A stretch of 64,000 nucleotides of DNA from the NCBI GenBank assembly GCA_050613775.1, contig JBODTK010000012.1:124001-188000 (forward strand), read 5' to 3'. Made by a program: the position numbers and the translations under genes. Origin of the DNA: Neocallimastix sp. 'constans'. Taxonomy: Eukaryota. Under the pieces are notes generated by a model. The model was not told the DNA's origin, did not search any database, and saw only the letters and a program-made list of their open reading frames with translations. Below are positions 1 to 12,961 of the stretch, in pieces (position 1 is the first letter of the stretch; every line of letters begins with the position of its first letter).

Positions 1-327
1 TAACGAAACATTTAAAAGGAAAAAGAAAAAAATAAATAAATAATTGACGCAAATAAAAAATAAAATAAAATAAAATAAAAATAAAAAATAATAAAGAAAA
101 AAAAAATAAATTAAGTTTATATATGTTTGTTATATAATAGTTTATTATTATATTTATTTTTTCAAGTGTTTATATACGTAGTATACATAGTATATATATA
201 TAATTTGTGTAAAATAAATATTATGAATTATATATAGGTGAAAGTGGTAGAATAAATTTAATTTTGTGTGAAAACTAAATATTATAAATATTGAAAATAA
301 ATATAATATATATATATATATATTTAT

Positions 328-1203
328 TTATTTATTTATATTTCCATTATTGCATGCATAAAATAATGGTATTAGACCATTTTCATCTTCTTTATTTATA
401 TCTTCTCCATGTTCTACTAAATATTCTACTAAATCTTTATTTCCACTTTTACATGCATAAAATAATGGTGTTTCACCATACCATTTTTCTTCTTTATTTA
501 TATCTGCTCCATGTTCTACTAAATATTCTACTAAATCTTTATTTCCACTTTTACATGTCTTGAATATTGCTGTTTCTCCATATAAATTTTCTATATTTAT
601 ATCTGCTCCACATTTTACTAAATATTCTACTAAATCTTTATTTCCACTTTTACATGTCTTGAATATTGCTGTTTCTCCATATAAATTTTCTATATTTATA
701 TCTGCTCCATATTCCAATAAGAATGTTATTAAATCTTTATTTCCACTTTCAGAGGCATAAAATAAAGGACTTTCCCCATACTTATAATCTACTTTATTTA
801 TATCCTCTCCATGTTTTGCTAATTATTTTATTAAATTTTTATTCCCATCTTTTATTATATACTTACCTTTTGGATAAAAATAACCATCTTTTTTAAAAAT
901 AAATAGAATTTTATATTCATCTTTAGAAATTTCTTTATCTAAATCAACAATAGAAATAAAAGTTTTATTTTTATAGAGATGAAGTAGCCATTTAATAAAT
1001 TCATTATCATAAAATTTTGAAGTATTAAAAAAATTTTTTAATTTTTCCATATTTGAACTCTTTATTAATTTTTTTATTTCAGAAGAAGTAACATATAAAC
1101 CATTTTCTTGATTATTTGTTACGGTTTTTAATTTTTTAGACGTATTTCCATTATCATTATCTTCTTCATATTTTTTATCTCTCTTTTTTAAACTGTTATT
1201 CAT
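328..1203 (-). pseudogene. Ankyrin-repeat protein, paralog 1 (in-frame TAA at 823-825, short 3' end; may be rescued by a 48-nt intron)
   Basis: ORFs 823..1203 and 328..717 are in the same frame. Manual translation across the gap gives KNLIK*LAKHGEDINKVDYKYGESPLFYASESGNKDLITFLLEYGADIN with a single stop. N-terminus is near-identical to paralog 2; about 5 repeats, then the frame ends in AT-rich sequence without the family C-terminus. Confidence 0.8.
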
Positions 1204-1228
1204 ATTACTTTTATTTGGTACTATATTT

Positions 1229-1423
<195 letters not shown>

Positions 1424-1683
1424 TTGTTTTTTATTCAAAAATTAATTTTTTTATATTTAATAAATATAAGTACAAATAATAATTATTAAATCTTTTATTT
1501 ATTTAATAAATATATTATTAGCTTTTTTAAATAATATAAAAAAAAAAAAATAGAAAAAAAAAAAAAATAATAATAACAATAATAATAATGACTATGTCCA
1601 TAATTGAATTATATATATATATATTATATATTTTACAAAAGGACTTAAAAATATATATTATTATTATATATATATTTCTATGT

Positions 1684-1729
<46 letters not shown>

Positions 1730-1761
1730 CTTTTTTTAATTCATTATCTTATAATAATAAT

Positions 1762-1898
1762 TAACAGTAAGGCTATCAAGTAAGGACTATATCCGCCTGT
1801 GCTATAGCACACCAAGTGTTGTGACTACCTTAATATTCCCATGCCTTGAGGGGGGCATAGGGCGATACACATCGGAAATTAAAAAAAAAAATCCTGAA
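1762..1898 (+). mobile_element. Short 5'-truncated non-LTR (LINE 3' end/SINE-like) insertion, copy A
   Basis: GC-rich island ending in an A tract, flanked by CTTATAATAATAAT (1748-1761 and 1899-1912). The paralogous site at ~12961-12990 lacks it. Shares tgtgactacctYaatattccca...tgagggggg with 13990-14030. Confidence 0.7.
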
Positions 1899-2344
1899 CT
1901 TATAATAATAATAATAATATTAAAAACTATTAATAATTTTAATTTTTAAACTTTTTAAAATTAAAATTATAAATCTCTCTAAAAACTAATTAATCAAATT
2001 TATTCTATTCAAATAGAAAAAAAAAAAAATAATAATAATAATAATAATAATAAAATATTATGAAAAAAAAAATTATTAACCGACTTTTTAATGTTTTATT
2101 TTTATTTATTATTTATTTTAAAATCGATTTATTAGATAAAAATTAAATAATACATTTATATAAAAATAAAAAATTATAATTTAAATAATTCTTTATTTTT
2201 TATTATTTTAATTTTTACGTTTATTTATTATTTTTTTTATTTCTATCTACTTTATGTTCTATCATATATTTTAAATATTCTACTATATCTTTAATTCCGT
2301 TATAGCTTGGTTTTAACAATGGTGTTTCACAATATTCATTTGTT

Positions 2345-4351
2345 TTATTTATGTTTACACTTTGCTCCATGTTCTACTAGGTATTGCACTAAATCTATAT
2401 TTCTACTTTTACATGCATAAAATAATGGTGTTTCACCATATTTATTTTCTTTATTTATATCCACTCCATGTTCTACTAAATATTCTACTAAATCTTTATT
2501 TCCACTCTCACATGCATCAAATAATGGTGTTTCACAATATTTATTTTCTTTATTTATATCTAATCCATGTTCAACTAAATGTTCTACTAAATCTTTATTT
2601 CCACTCTCACATGCACAAAATAAAGGTGTACTTCCAAATGTACTCTCTTGATTTATATCCACTCCATGTTCTACTAAATATTCTACTAAATCTTTATTTC
2701 CACTCTCACATGCATCAAATAATGGTGTTTCACCATATTTATTTTCTTTATTTATATCTAATCCATGTTCAACTAAATATTCTACTAAATCTTTATTGCC
2801 ACTCTTACATGCATCAAATAAAGGTGTTCTTCCATATGTACTCTCTTTATTTATATCCGCTCCAAGTTCTACAAAATATTCTACTAAATCTTTATTTCCA
2901 CTTCTACATGCGTTGAATAAAGGTGTTTTACCATAGCATTTATCTTCTTGATTTATATCTGCTCCATGTTCTACTAAATATTCTACTAAATCTTTGTTTC
3001 CACTTTTAAGTGCATATATAAATGGTGTATTACCATCTTTATCTTCTTTATTTATATTTGCACCATATTCTACTAAATATTCTACTAAATCTTTATTTCC
3101 ACTATAGTATGCATAAAATAATGGTGTTTTACCATTTTTATTTTCTTTATTTATATTTGCTCCATGTTCTACTAAATATTCTACTAAATCTTTATTTCCA
3201 CTTTCACATACCTCGAAAAATGGTATTTTACCATCTTTATCTTCTTTATTCATATCCGCTCCATGTTCTACTAAATATTCTACTAAATCTTTATTTCTAT
3301 TATACCATGCATAAAATAATGGTGTTTCACCATTTTTTTTTTCTTTATTTATATCCGCTCCATGTTCTACTAAATATTCTACTAAGTCTTTATTTCCACT
3401 TCTACATGCGTTGAATAATGGTGTTTCACCATATTTATCTTCTTTATTTATATCCGCTCCATGTTCTACTAAATATTCTACTAAGTCTTTATTTCCACTT
3501 CTACATGCGTTGAATAATGGTATTAGACCATTTTCATCTTCTTTATTTATATCTAATCCATGTTCTACTAGAAATTCTACTAAATCTTTATTTCCACTTC
3601 TACATGCGTTGAATAATGGTGTCCTACCATTTCCTCTTTCCTGATTTATATCTGCTCCATGTTCTACTAAATATTCTACTAAGTCTTTATTTCCACTTTC
3701 ACATGCATAAAGTAATGGTATTTCCCAAAAGATATTTTTATGATTTATATCTGCTCCATATTTTACTAAATATTCTACTAAATCTTTATTTCCACTTTTA
3801 CATGCCTTGAATAATGGTGTTTCACGATTTCCATTTTCTACATTTATATCTGCTCCATGTTCTACTAAGAATTTTATAAAATCTTTATTTCCACTTTCAC
3901 AGGCATAAAGTAAAGGTCTATCTTCATACTTATATTCTACTTTATTTATATCCTCTCCATGTTTTGCTAAAAATTTTATTAAATTTTTATTCCTATCTTT
4001 GATTATATACTTATGGTATGTTTCAATACAAAAGTCTTTTTTAACAATTAATAGAATTTTATAATCATCTTTAGAAATTTCTTTATCTAAATCAACAATA
4101 GAAATAAAAGTTTTATTTTTATAGAGATGAAGTAGCCATTTAATAAATTCATTATCATAAAATTTTGAAATATCAAAAAAATTTTTTAATTTCTCCATAT
4201 TTGAACTCTTTATTAATTTTTTTATTTCAGAAGAAGTAACATATAAACCATTTTCTTGATTATTTGTTCCAGTTTTTAATTTTTTAAACGTATTTCCATT
4301 ATCATTATCTTCATCAGATTTTTTATCTCTCTTTTTTAAACTGTTATTCAT
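2345..4351 (-). CDS. Ankyrin-repeat protein, paralog 2 (668 aa, ~16 repeats, intact)
   Basis: Uninterrupted ORF with 33-aa repeats GxTPLFxACxSGNKDLVEYLVEHGADIN and an N-terminal KFYDNEFIKWLL motif. Confidence 0.93.
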   Translation of the reverse strand: MNNSLKKRDKKSDEDNDNGNTFKKLKTGTNNQENGLYVTSSEIKKLIKSSNMEKLKNFFDISKFYDNEFIKWLLHLYKNKTFISIVDLDKEISKDDYKILLIVKKDFCIETYHKYIIKDRNKNLIKFLAKHGEDINKVEYKYEDRPLLYACESGNKDFIKFLVEHGADINVENGNRETPLFKACKSGNKDLVEYLVKYGADINHKNIFWEIPLLYACESGNKDLVEYLVEHGADINQERGNGRTPLFNACRSGNKDLVEFLVEHGLDINKEDENGLIPLFNACRSGNKDLVEYLVEHGADINKEDKYGETPLFNACRSGNKDLVEYLVEHGADINKEKKNGETPLFYAWYNRNKDLVEYLVEHGADMNKEDKDGKIPFFEVCESGNKDLVEYLVEHGANINKENKNGKTPLFYAYYSGNKDLVEYLVEYGANINKEDKDGNTPFIYALKSGNKDLVEYLVEHGADINQEDKCYGKTPLFNACRSGNKDLVEYFVELGADINKESTYGRTPLFDACKSGNKDLVEYLVEHGLDINKENKYGETPLFDACESGNKDLVEYLVEHGVDINQESTFGSTPLFCACESGNKDLVEHLVEHGLDINKENKYCETPLFDACESGNKDLVEYLVEHGVDINKENKYGETPLFYACKSRNIDLVQYLVEHGAKCKHK

Positions 4352-4379
4352 ATTACTTTTATTTGGTACTATATTTATG

Positions 4380-4546
<167 letters not shown>

Positions 4547-4768
4547 ATTGTTTTCTATTCTAAAATTACTTTTTTTATATTTAATAAATATAAGTACAAA
4601 TAATAATTATTAAATTTTTTATTTATTTAATAAATATATTATTAGCTTTTTTAAATAATATAAAAAAATAAATAGAAAGAAAATTAATAATAATAATAAT
4701 GACTATGTCCATAAATATATATTTTATATATTTTATAAATGGACATAACAATATATATTATATTTATG

Positions 4769-4851
<83 letters not shown>

Positions 4852-4970
4852 GTTAACATATGTAAACATATTTAATAAATAAATCATATAATTTTTATAT
4901 AATAAAATATATACAATATTTGTATATATAAAATAACATAAATGTATATACATAAACCAATGTAAAATCG

Positions 4971-4982
4971 TATGACGTCATA
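4971..4982. promoter_or_regulatory. CRE-like palindrome TATGACGTCATA (possible bZIP site)
   Basis: Perfect 12-bp palindrome containing TGACGTCA, ~620 bp upstream of paralog 2. Sequence match only. Confidence 0.2.
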
Positions 4983-5594
4983 AGATAAATCTATGTAATT
5001 AAATTATAAATTTATTTCTATTCATATAAATATAACTTTACAGGGGAGAGCGCGTTTCGGAACCGCATGTGAATAGATATAAGCCACATATTTTTTGAGA
5101 TGGCGTATTATATATAAATTTTTTTATATAAATAAATAATTAAATAATAATTAAATAAATATTTTATTTTATAATAATTTCATAATTTAATATATATTTG
5201 ATAATAAAAAATAAAAAAATAAAAAAATAAAAAAATAAAAAAAATTAAAAATAAAAAAAAAATAAAAAAAATAAAAAGATTAAAAAAATAAAATTCAAAA
5301 AAATAAAATAAAATATTTTCATTTTTATTTATATTTATAACTGTAATTTTTTATTATATAAATAAATAAATAAATAATAATTAAATAAATATTTTATTTT
5401 ATAATGAAAAAATAAAATAAAAAAAAAAAAAAAAGATAAATATTTTTTTAGTAATTTTCTTGAAATAAAATAAAATATTTTCATATTTATTTATATTTAT
5501 AACTGTAATTTTTAAAAAAAATTGAAAATACATATTAAATAAAAAATAAAAAATAAATATTTCATATTTATTAATATTTATATTAAAAATTTTG

Positions 5595-7055
5595 ATGGAG
5601 GGAAATCTAAAAATTGATATAAGTGAAACAAATCGAGGAAAAGAGCAAATAATTATAGATCGAAAATGTAAATATAATTTTTCAAAATTAAAAAAAGATA
5701 ATACAAAAATATATAGATGTACAGAATATAAAACATTAAATAAATGTAAGTCTTTTATTATTTTAAATGATAATAAAGAGGTTTTAAATTATGATTCTTC
5801 ACATAATCATCCTGGTAATGAAATTAATGCATCCAAATCATTAATAAAACATAAAATTAAAGATGAAATAAAAAAAAGTTTGATTCCTTCTGATATAAAA
5901 TCAAAACGCATATTTGATAAAATTTCTCAAGAAATAAGATATATATGCCCTGAATATAAAACAATTAAATCCCAAATAACAAGATATAAAAACAAACAAT
6001 TATTTCCTAATGTAAAAACATTTGATGAAGTTCCTAATGTATCTGAATATTATAAAACAATAAGAGGTGAATACTTTATGATATTCAAAAATTCTAATAT
6101 AATAATTTTTCAATCACCATTCCAAGCAAAATTATTTATGGAGAATAAACATATATTTGCTGATGGTACATTTTTAATAGCTCCAACTAATAGTTATCAA
6201 GTATTCATTACCAGAACTTATGTTACAGAATTAAATTGTTTTTACACTACTTCCATGTCAATATTAAAAAACAAAGAACAAACAACTTACGAAATATTAT
6301 TTAATGAAATAAAAAAAAAATATAATTAAAATATAATTAAATATAATGCAAATATTAATTTCTCAGAAAAAATTTTTCATTGTGATTTTGAAAAAGGAAT
6401 ATCTAATGCAGTGGAAAATATTTTTCCCAATATAAATATTAAATATTGTTTTTGGCATTATAAAAGATTATTAATGACAAAAAAAAATAAATTATGTTAC
6501 AAGGAAGTGAAAGATCATAATATTTTAAATACTTATTATAAAGCGATTTCTAATTTATGTTTTATTAATATTGAATACATACCTGATATTTTTAATAAAA
6601 TTAAAAATACATGTATGAGATATAAATCTACCTGTTCCCAATTTTTGAATTTTTTAGATTTTTTTGAGAAAACATTTCTAAATATCTATAATATAAAATA
6701 TTGGAATTATTACAATAATATAGACCACATAACAAATAATGCTTCAGAATCTTATAACAGTTATTTAAAAAATTTATTTGTAAAAAAGCCTTCATTTTAT
6801 AAATTAATATATACAATACAATTTGAAGAATCCAAATCTTACTATGATTACCATATGAGAATTAAAGGAATTTGGAGAAAAAAGAGCAGAATATCAGAAA
6901 GGGTCGATGACATTAATATTTTAGTTGAATATTATAAAAATATGGAAGCCGAATTAAAAAATATTGGATGTAGTAAAAATGATATCATCGAAAATTGGTT
7001 TAATTGTTTAATTAGATTGAATAATGAAATCATTAATTTTAATAAAACAAAATAA
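5595..7055 (+). pseudogene. MULE transposase with one in-frame stop (6327-6329)
   Basis: FLYWCH/WRKY-like N-terminus (YRC...C...HNH) and motifs ADGTF, HCDFE, CFWH, TNNASESYN. The two ORFs share a frame; the TAA lies in an 11-bp tandem duplication (aaatataatta x2) next to an A run. Confidence 0.88.
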
Positions 7056-7904
7056 AAATAATTATTAAAATCCTTTCAAAATCATAATTACAATTAATTG
7101 AAAATTAAATTTTTTTATTTAATAAGAAATTCAATATTGAAATTTATTTAATATTTATTGATAGGGTTAGCTTAAAAATATTAAAAAAAAATTTTTTTTA
7201 TAAATTTATTTTAAATATTTTTTTACTTTATTAAATATTATTAAATAAAATTAAAAGATGTCTTTATTATTATATATTAGTATTATAAAATATTAAAAAT
7301 ATGAATGTATTGCATTTCGCATTATTTTTATTTTATATTGTAGTAAATTAATAAAAAATAAATAATTTTTATAAAATAAACCAATTATTAAATTAATATA
7401 TTTTTTAAAAATATATTTAATGTATATTTCATATTTTTAATAAATATTCAAATATACATTTTAAATATATATAATGATATTTAAGTATTATAATACTTAT
7501 AAAAGAAAATAATTAATACTTTAAATTATTTCTATCAGGCTTTCTAAAAAAACTTTACTATTTGTAAAAATAGTAATGCTCTTTTTGTTAGTTTATTAGA
7601 TTTGTATAATATAAATATCTAAAATAATTTATTTATTATTTAATAGAAATTTATGTTTAAAAATGTTATTGTTATTATTACTATTACTAAAAATAAGTTT
7701 TAATTTAATATTTATAATTAAATTTTCAAATAATCTTTCCTTATCAAGTTAAATATAATGCTCCTGAGTAAAAAAGATTTTTGTATTATATAAAATTTAT
7801 TTAAAATATTAGATAAAAAAATAATAAAAAGGAAATAAGAATTTTAAAAAGAATATTTAAAAATAAAATGAAAAAAATATAGAATCTAATAATATAGAAG
7901 TACA

Positions 7905-9090
7905 AGTATATAAAATAAAATAAAATAAAATAAATAGTTGAAATATAAATATGAAGTACAGATTGAATAAAATAAAATAAATAGTTGAAATATAAATATG
8001 AAGTACAGAATGAATAAAATAAAATAAATAGTTGAAATATAAATATGAAGTACAGAATGAATAAAATAAAATAAATAGTTGAAATATAAATATGAAGTAC
8101 AGAATGAATAAAATAAAATAAATAGTTGAAATATAAATATGAAGTACAGAATGAATAAAATAAAATAAATAGTTGAAATATAAATATGAAGTACAGAATG
8201 AATAAAATAAAATAAATAGTTGAAATATTAATATGAAGTACAGAATGAATAAAATAAAATAAAATAAATAGTTGAAATATTAATATGAAGTACAGAATGA
8301 ATAAAATAAAATAAAATAAATAGTTGAAATAAAAATATGAAGTACAGATTGAATAAAATAAAATAAATAGTTGAAATATAAATATAAAGTACAGAATGAA
8401 TAAAATAAAATAAATAGTTGAAATATAAATATGAAGTACAGATTGAATAAAATAAAATAAATAGTTGAAATATAAATATGAAGTACAGATTGAATAAAAT
8501 AAAATAAATAGTTGAAATATAAATATGAAGTACATATTGAATAAAATAAAATAAAATAAAATAAAATAAAATAAAAAAAATTATTTGAATTATAATAAAA
8601 ATACAAGTATTAATAAAAATAAAATAAAATAAAATAAAATAAATAGTTGAAATATAAATATGAAATACAGATTGAATAAAATAAAATAAAATAAAATAAA
8701 ATAAAAAAATTATTTGAATTATAATAAAAATACAAGTATTAATAAAAATAAAATAAAATAAAATAAAATAAAATAAAATAAAATATAATAAAATAAAAAA
8801 ATTATTTGAATTATAATAAAAATACAAGTATTAATAAAAATAAAATAAAATAAAATAAAATAAAATAAATAGTAGAATATTAAATATAAAGTACAGATTG
8901 AATAAAATAAAATAAAACAAAATAAAATAAAATAAAATAAAATAAAATAAAATAAAATAAAATAAAATAAAATAAAAAAATTATTTGAATTATAATAAAA
9001 ATACAAGTATTAATAAAAATAAAATAAAATAAAATAAAATAAATATTTGAATTATAATAAAAATACAAGTACTAATAAAATAAAATAAAT
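7905..9090. repeat. 47-bp minisatellite array inside the MULE, grading into a second unit type and (AAAAT)n
   Basis: Unit gaagtacagaatgaataaaataaaataaatagttgaaatataaatat at 47-bp spacing from ~7953; second unit aaaattatttgaattataataaaaatacaagtatt from ~8575. Confidence 0.95.
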
Positions 9091-10000
9091 AAAATAAATA
9101 TGTGAATTATAATAAATTGCAAGTATCAATCGAAATAAAATAAAATAATATAAAATAAATAAATATGCAGTGAAATAATAATATATAATATGATAAAATA
9201 AAATAAATGAGATATTGATATGAAATTAATATAAAAACTGAATTTAGCAACAAATAAATTATATAATAAAGTAAATGATATAGCATATTCATATATATTA
9301 ACATGAATTTTATTATAATTTTTACAGTATTTTAAATTAATGTAAATTATTATATTTCCATATAATAAACAAACTTTATAATTAGAAAATAGTATAAAAA
9401 AAAATATTATTAAATATTATTATTAAATAATTAAATGAATAAATTAATAAATAAATAAAAATTTTCAGAATATGGCGAATGTAAATCATCATTTTTTTTG
9501 AAATATATCACATTTTAAATATTTTTAATAATTATTTTTTCAAATAAATTATATGTGCCATTTTATTTTAATGTTTAAATATTATATTCATAAATAAAAA
9601 TTTATAAAAAATAATATAAGCCACATTTCGAAATGAAAATTTATGTAAAAATTTTAAAGCCACATTCCGAAACGCACCACCCTCAACTTTACATTAATAA
9701 ATTAATGTATGGAGTTCTTTAATATAAATAAATAAATAAAATATTAATTTTTAGCAATGTTATATGAACATTATGCATAACATATCTAATATGCCACACA
9801 AGCCTCATTAATTATAACCTTATTTTGTATATAGTTTTTTATAGTTTAATTAAAAATTAAATTATTTTTTCTTGTTGATTTTATAATAATAAAGATATAT
9901 GTATTTTTCTAAATAAATAAATAAATAAAAATATATAATAAATATATATTAAAACACTTGTAAAACTTGTTCATGTTCTCTGAATCCACAACCTTGAACA

Positions 10001-10200
<200 letters not shown>

Positions 10201-10316
10201 TATAATTGTTTTCTATTCTAAAATTACTTTTTTTATATTTAATAAATATAAGTACAAATAATAACTATTAAATCTTTTATTTATTTAATAAATATATTAT
10301 TAGCTTTTTTAAATAA

Positions 10317-10365
<49 letters not shown>

Positions 10366-10495
10366 GAAAAAAAAAAATAATAATAACAATAATAATGATT
10401 ATGTCCATAATTGAATTATATATATATATTTTATATATTTTATAAAAGGACATAACAATATATATTATTATTATTATTATTATATATTTCTATGT

Positions 10496-10542
<47 letters not shown>

Positions 10543-10578
10543 TTCGTTTTTTTTAATTCATTATCTTATAATAATAAT

Positions 10579-10717
10579 TAACAGTAAGGCAGTCAAGTAA
10601 GGACTATATCCGTCTGTGCTATAGCACACCGAAGTGTTGTGACTACCTTAATATTCCCATGCCTTGAGGGGGGCATAGGAGGTACACATCGGAAATTAAA
10701 AAAAAAAAAATCCTGAA
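10579..10717 (+). mobile_element. Short non-LTR insertion, copy B (co-duplicated with the intergenic unit)
   Basis: Near-identical to 1762-1898 with the same CTTATAATAATAAT flanks. Confidence 0.7.
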
Positions 10718-11200
10718 CTTATAATAATAATAATATTAAAAACTATTAATAATTTAAATTTTAAACTTCTAAAAATTAAAATTATAAATCTCTCTAAAAA
10801 CTAATTAATCAAATTTATTCTATTCAAATAGAAAAGAAAAGAAAAAAATAATAATAATAATAATAATAATAAAAATAATAATAATAATAATAAAAATATT
10901 ATAAAAAAAAATTATTAACTGATTTTTAATGCTTTATTTTTATTTATTATTTATCTTAAAATCAATTTATTAGATAAAAATTAAATAATACATTTATATA
11001 AAAATAAAAATAAAAATAAAGATAAAAAATTATAATTTAAATAATTCTTTATTTTTTATTATTTTAATTTTTACGTTTATTTATTATTTTTTTATTTCTA
11101 TCAACTTTATGTTCTATCATATATTTTAAATATTCTACTATATCATTAATTCCGTTATAGCTTGGTTTTAACAATGGTGTTTCACAATATTCATTTTTTT

Positions 11201-12617
11201 TTATTTATATCTACACTTTGCTCCATGTTCTACTAGGTATTGCACTAAATCTTTATTTCTACCGTTACATGCATAATATAATGGTGTTTTATCATCTCTA
11301 TTTTCTTTATTTATATCCGCTCCATGTTCTACTAAATATTCTACTAAATTTTTATTTTCAAATTTACATGATTTGAATAAAGCTGTTTCACCATATTTAT
11401 TTTCTTTATTTATATCTGCTCCATGTTCTACTAGGTATTGCATTAAGTCTTTATTTCTTTTATAGCATGAGTTGGTTAATGGTGTTTCACCATTTTTATT
11501 TTCTTTATTTATATCTGCTCCATGTTCTACTAGGTATTGCACTAAATCTTTATTTCCACTGTCACATGCATGATATAATGGTGTTTTACCATCTCTATTT
11601 TCTATATTTATATCTGCTCCATGTTCTAGTAAATATTCTACTAAATCTTTATTTCCACTCTTACATGCATCAAATAAAGGTGTTTTACCATATTTATTTT
11701 CTTTATTTATATCTGCTCCATGTTCTACTAAATATTCTACTAAATCTTTATTTCCACTTCCACATGCGCTGAATAAAGGTGTTTCACCATACCATTTTTT
11801 TTCTTTATTTATATCCGCTCCATGTTCTACTAAATATTCAACTAAATTTTTATTTCCGCTTTTACATGCGTTGAATAATGCTGTTTCACCATACCATTTT
11901 TCCTCTTTATTTATATCTGCTCCATGTTCTACTAAATATTCTACTAAATCTTTATTTCCACTTTTACATGGAAAAAATAATGGTAATTTATTATATTTAC
12001 TTTCATGATTTATATCTGCTCCACATTTTACTAAATATTCTACTAAATCTTTATTTCCACTTTTACATGCCTTGAATATTGCTGTTTCTCCATATTTATT
12101 TCCTAAATTTATATCTGCTCCATATTCCAATAAGAATTTTATTAAATCTTTATTTCCACTTTCACAGGCATAAATTAAAGGTATTTTATCATACCAATAT
12201 ACTACTTTATTTATATCCTCTCCATGTTTTGCTAATTATTTTATTAAATTTTTATTCCCATCTTTTATTATATACTTACCTTTTGGATAAAAATAACCAT
12301 CTTTTTTAAAAATAAATAGAATTTTATATTCATCTTTAGAAATTTCTTTATCTAAATCAACAATAGAAATAAAAGTTTTATTTTTATAGAGATGAAGTAT
12401 CCATTTAATAAGTTCATTATCATAAAATTTTGAAATATCAAAAAATATTTTTTAATTCCTTCATATTTGAATTCTTTATTAATTCTTTTATTTCAGAAGA
12501 AGTAACATATAAACCATTTTTTTGATTATTTGTTACGGTTTTTAATTTTTTAGACGTATGTCCATTATCGTTATCTTCTTCAGATTTTTTATCTCTCTTT
12601 TTTAAACTTTTATTCAT
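11201..12617 (-). pseudogene. Ankyrin-repeat protein, paralog 3 (1-nt frameshift near 12446 plus the same in-frame TAA as paralog 1)
   Basis: ATG at 12617 (MNKSLKKRDKK); one extra base relative to paralog 2 in the A/T run at ~12440-12453; TAA at 12236-12238; about 10 repeats ending HGAKCRYK. The frameshift is beside homopolymers and could be an assembly error. Confidence 0.78.
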
Positions 12618-12748
12618 GTTACTTGTATTTAATAATGTGTTTCTGTTTATTATTATTATTATTATTATAATTATTATTATTATTATAATTATTTTCTATT
12701 CGAAATTTATTATTTTATATTCATTAAATATAAATATAAATAAGCTGC

Positions 12749-12788
<40 letters not shown>

Positions 12789-12925
12789 AAATATAAATAA
12801 ATAATTATTATAATTATTAAATCTTTTATTGATTTAATAAATATATTATTAGCTTTTTTAAAAAATTAAAAATAATAATAACTATGTCCATAAATTTATT
12901 ATATATATATAATTACATTTATTTA

Positions 12926-12961
<36 letters not shown>

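Larger units (their letters stand above)
5043..9684 (+). mobile_element. Mutator-like (MULE) DNA transposon
   Basis: Imperfect TIRs GGGGAGAGCGCGTTTCGGAA / TTCCGAAACGCACCACCCTC; perfect 9-bp TSD AACTTTACA (5034-5042, 9685-9693); encloses a MULE transposase. Confidence 0.95.

Noticed and set aside
7905..9090. Regular repeat array as a CRISPR locus, and its hydrophobic ORFs (7801..9068) as membrane proteins
   Set aside because: Units are head-to-tail with no unique spacers, there are no cas genes, and the context is eukaryotic. The ORFs are translations of the repeat.
10584..10650. Hammerhead-like layout (three-way junction, GTC before a hairpin, then CCGAAGT)
   Set aside because: The catalytic core CUGANGA and GAAA is absent in both copies and copy A has GCC rather than GTC. 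Kept only as a structured-RNA finding.
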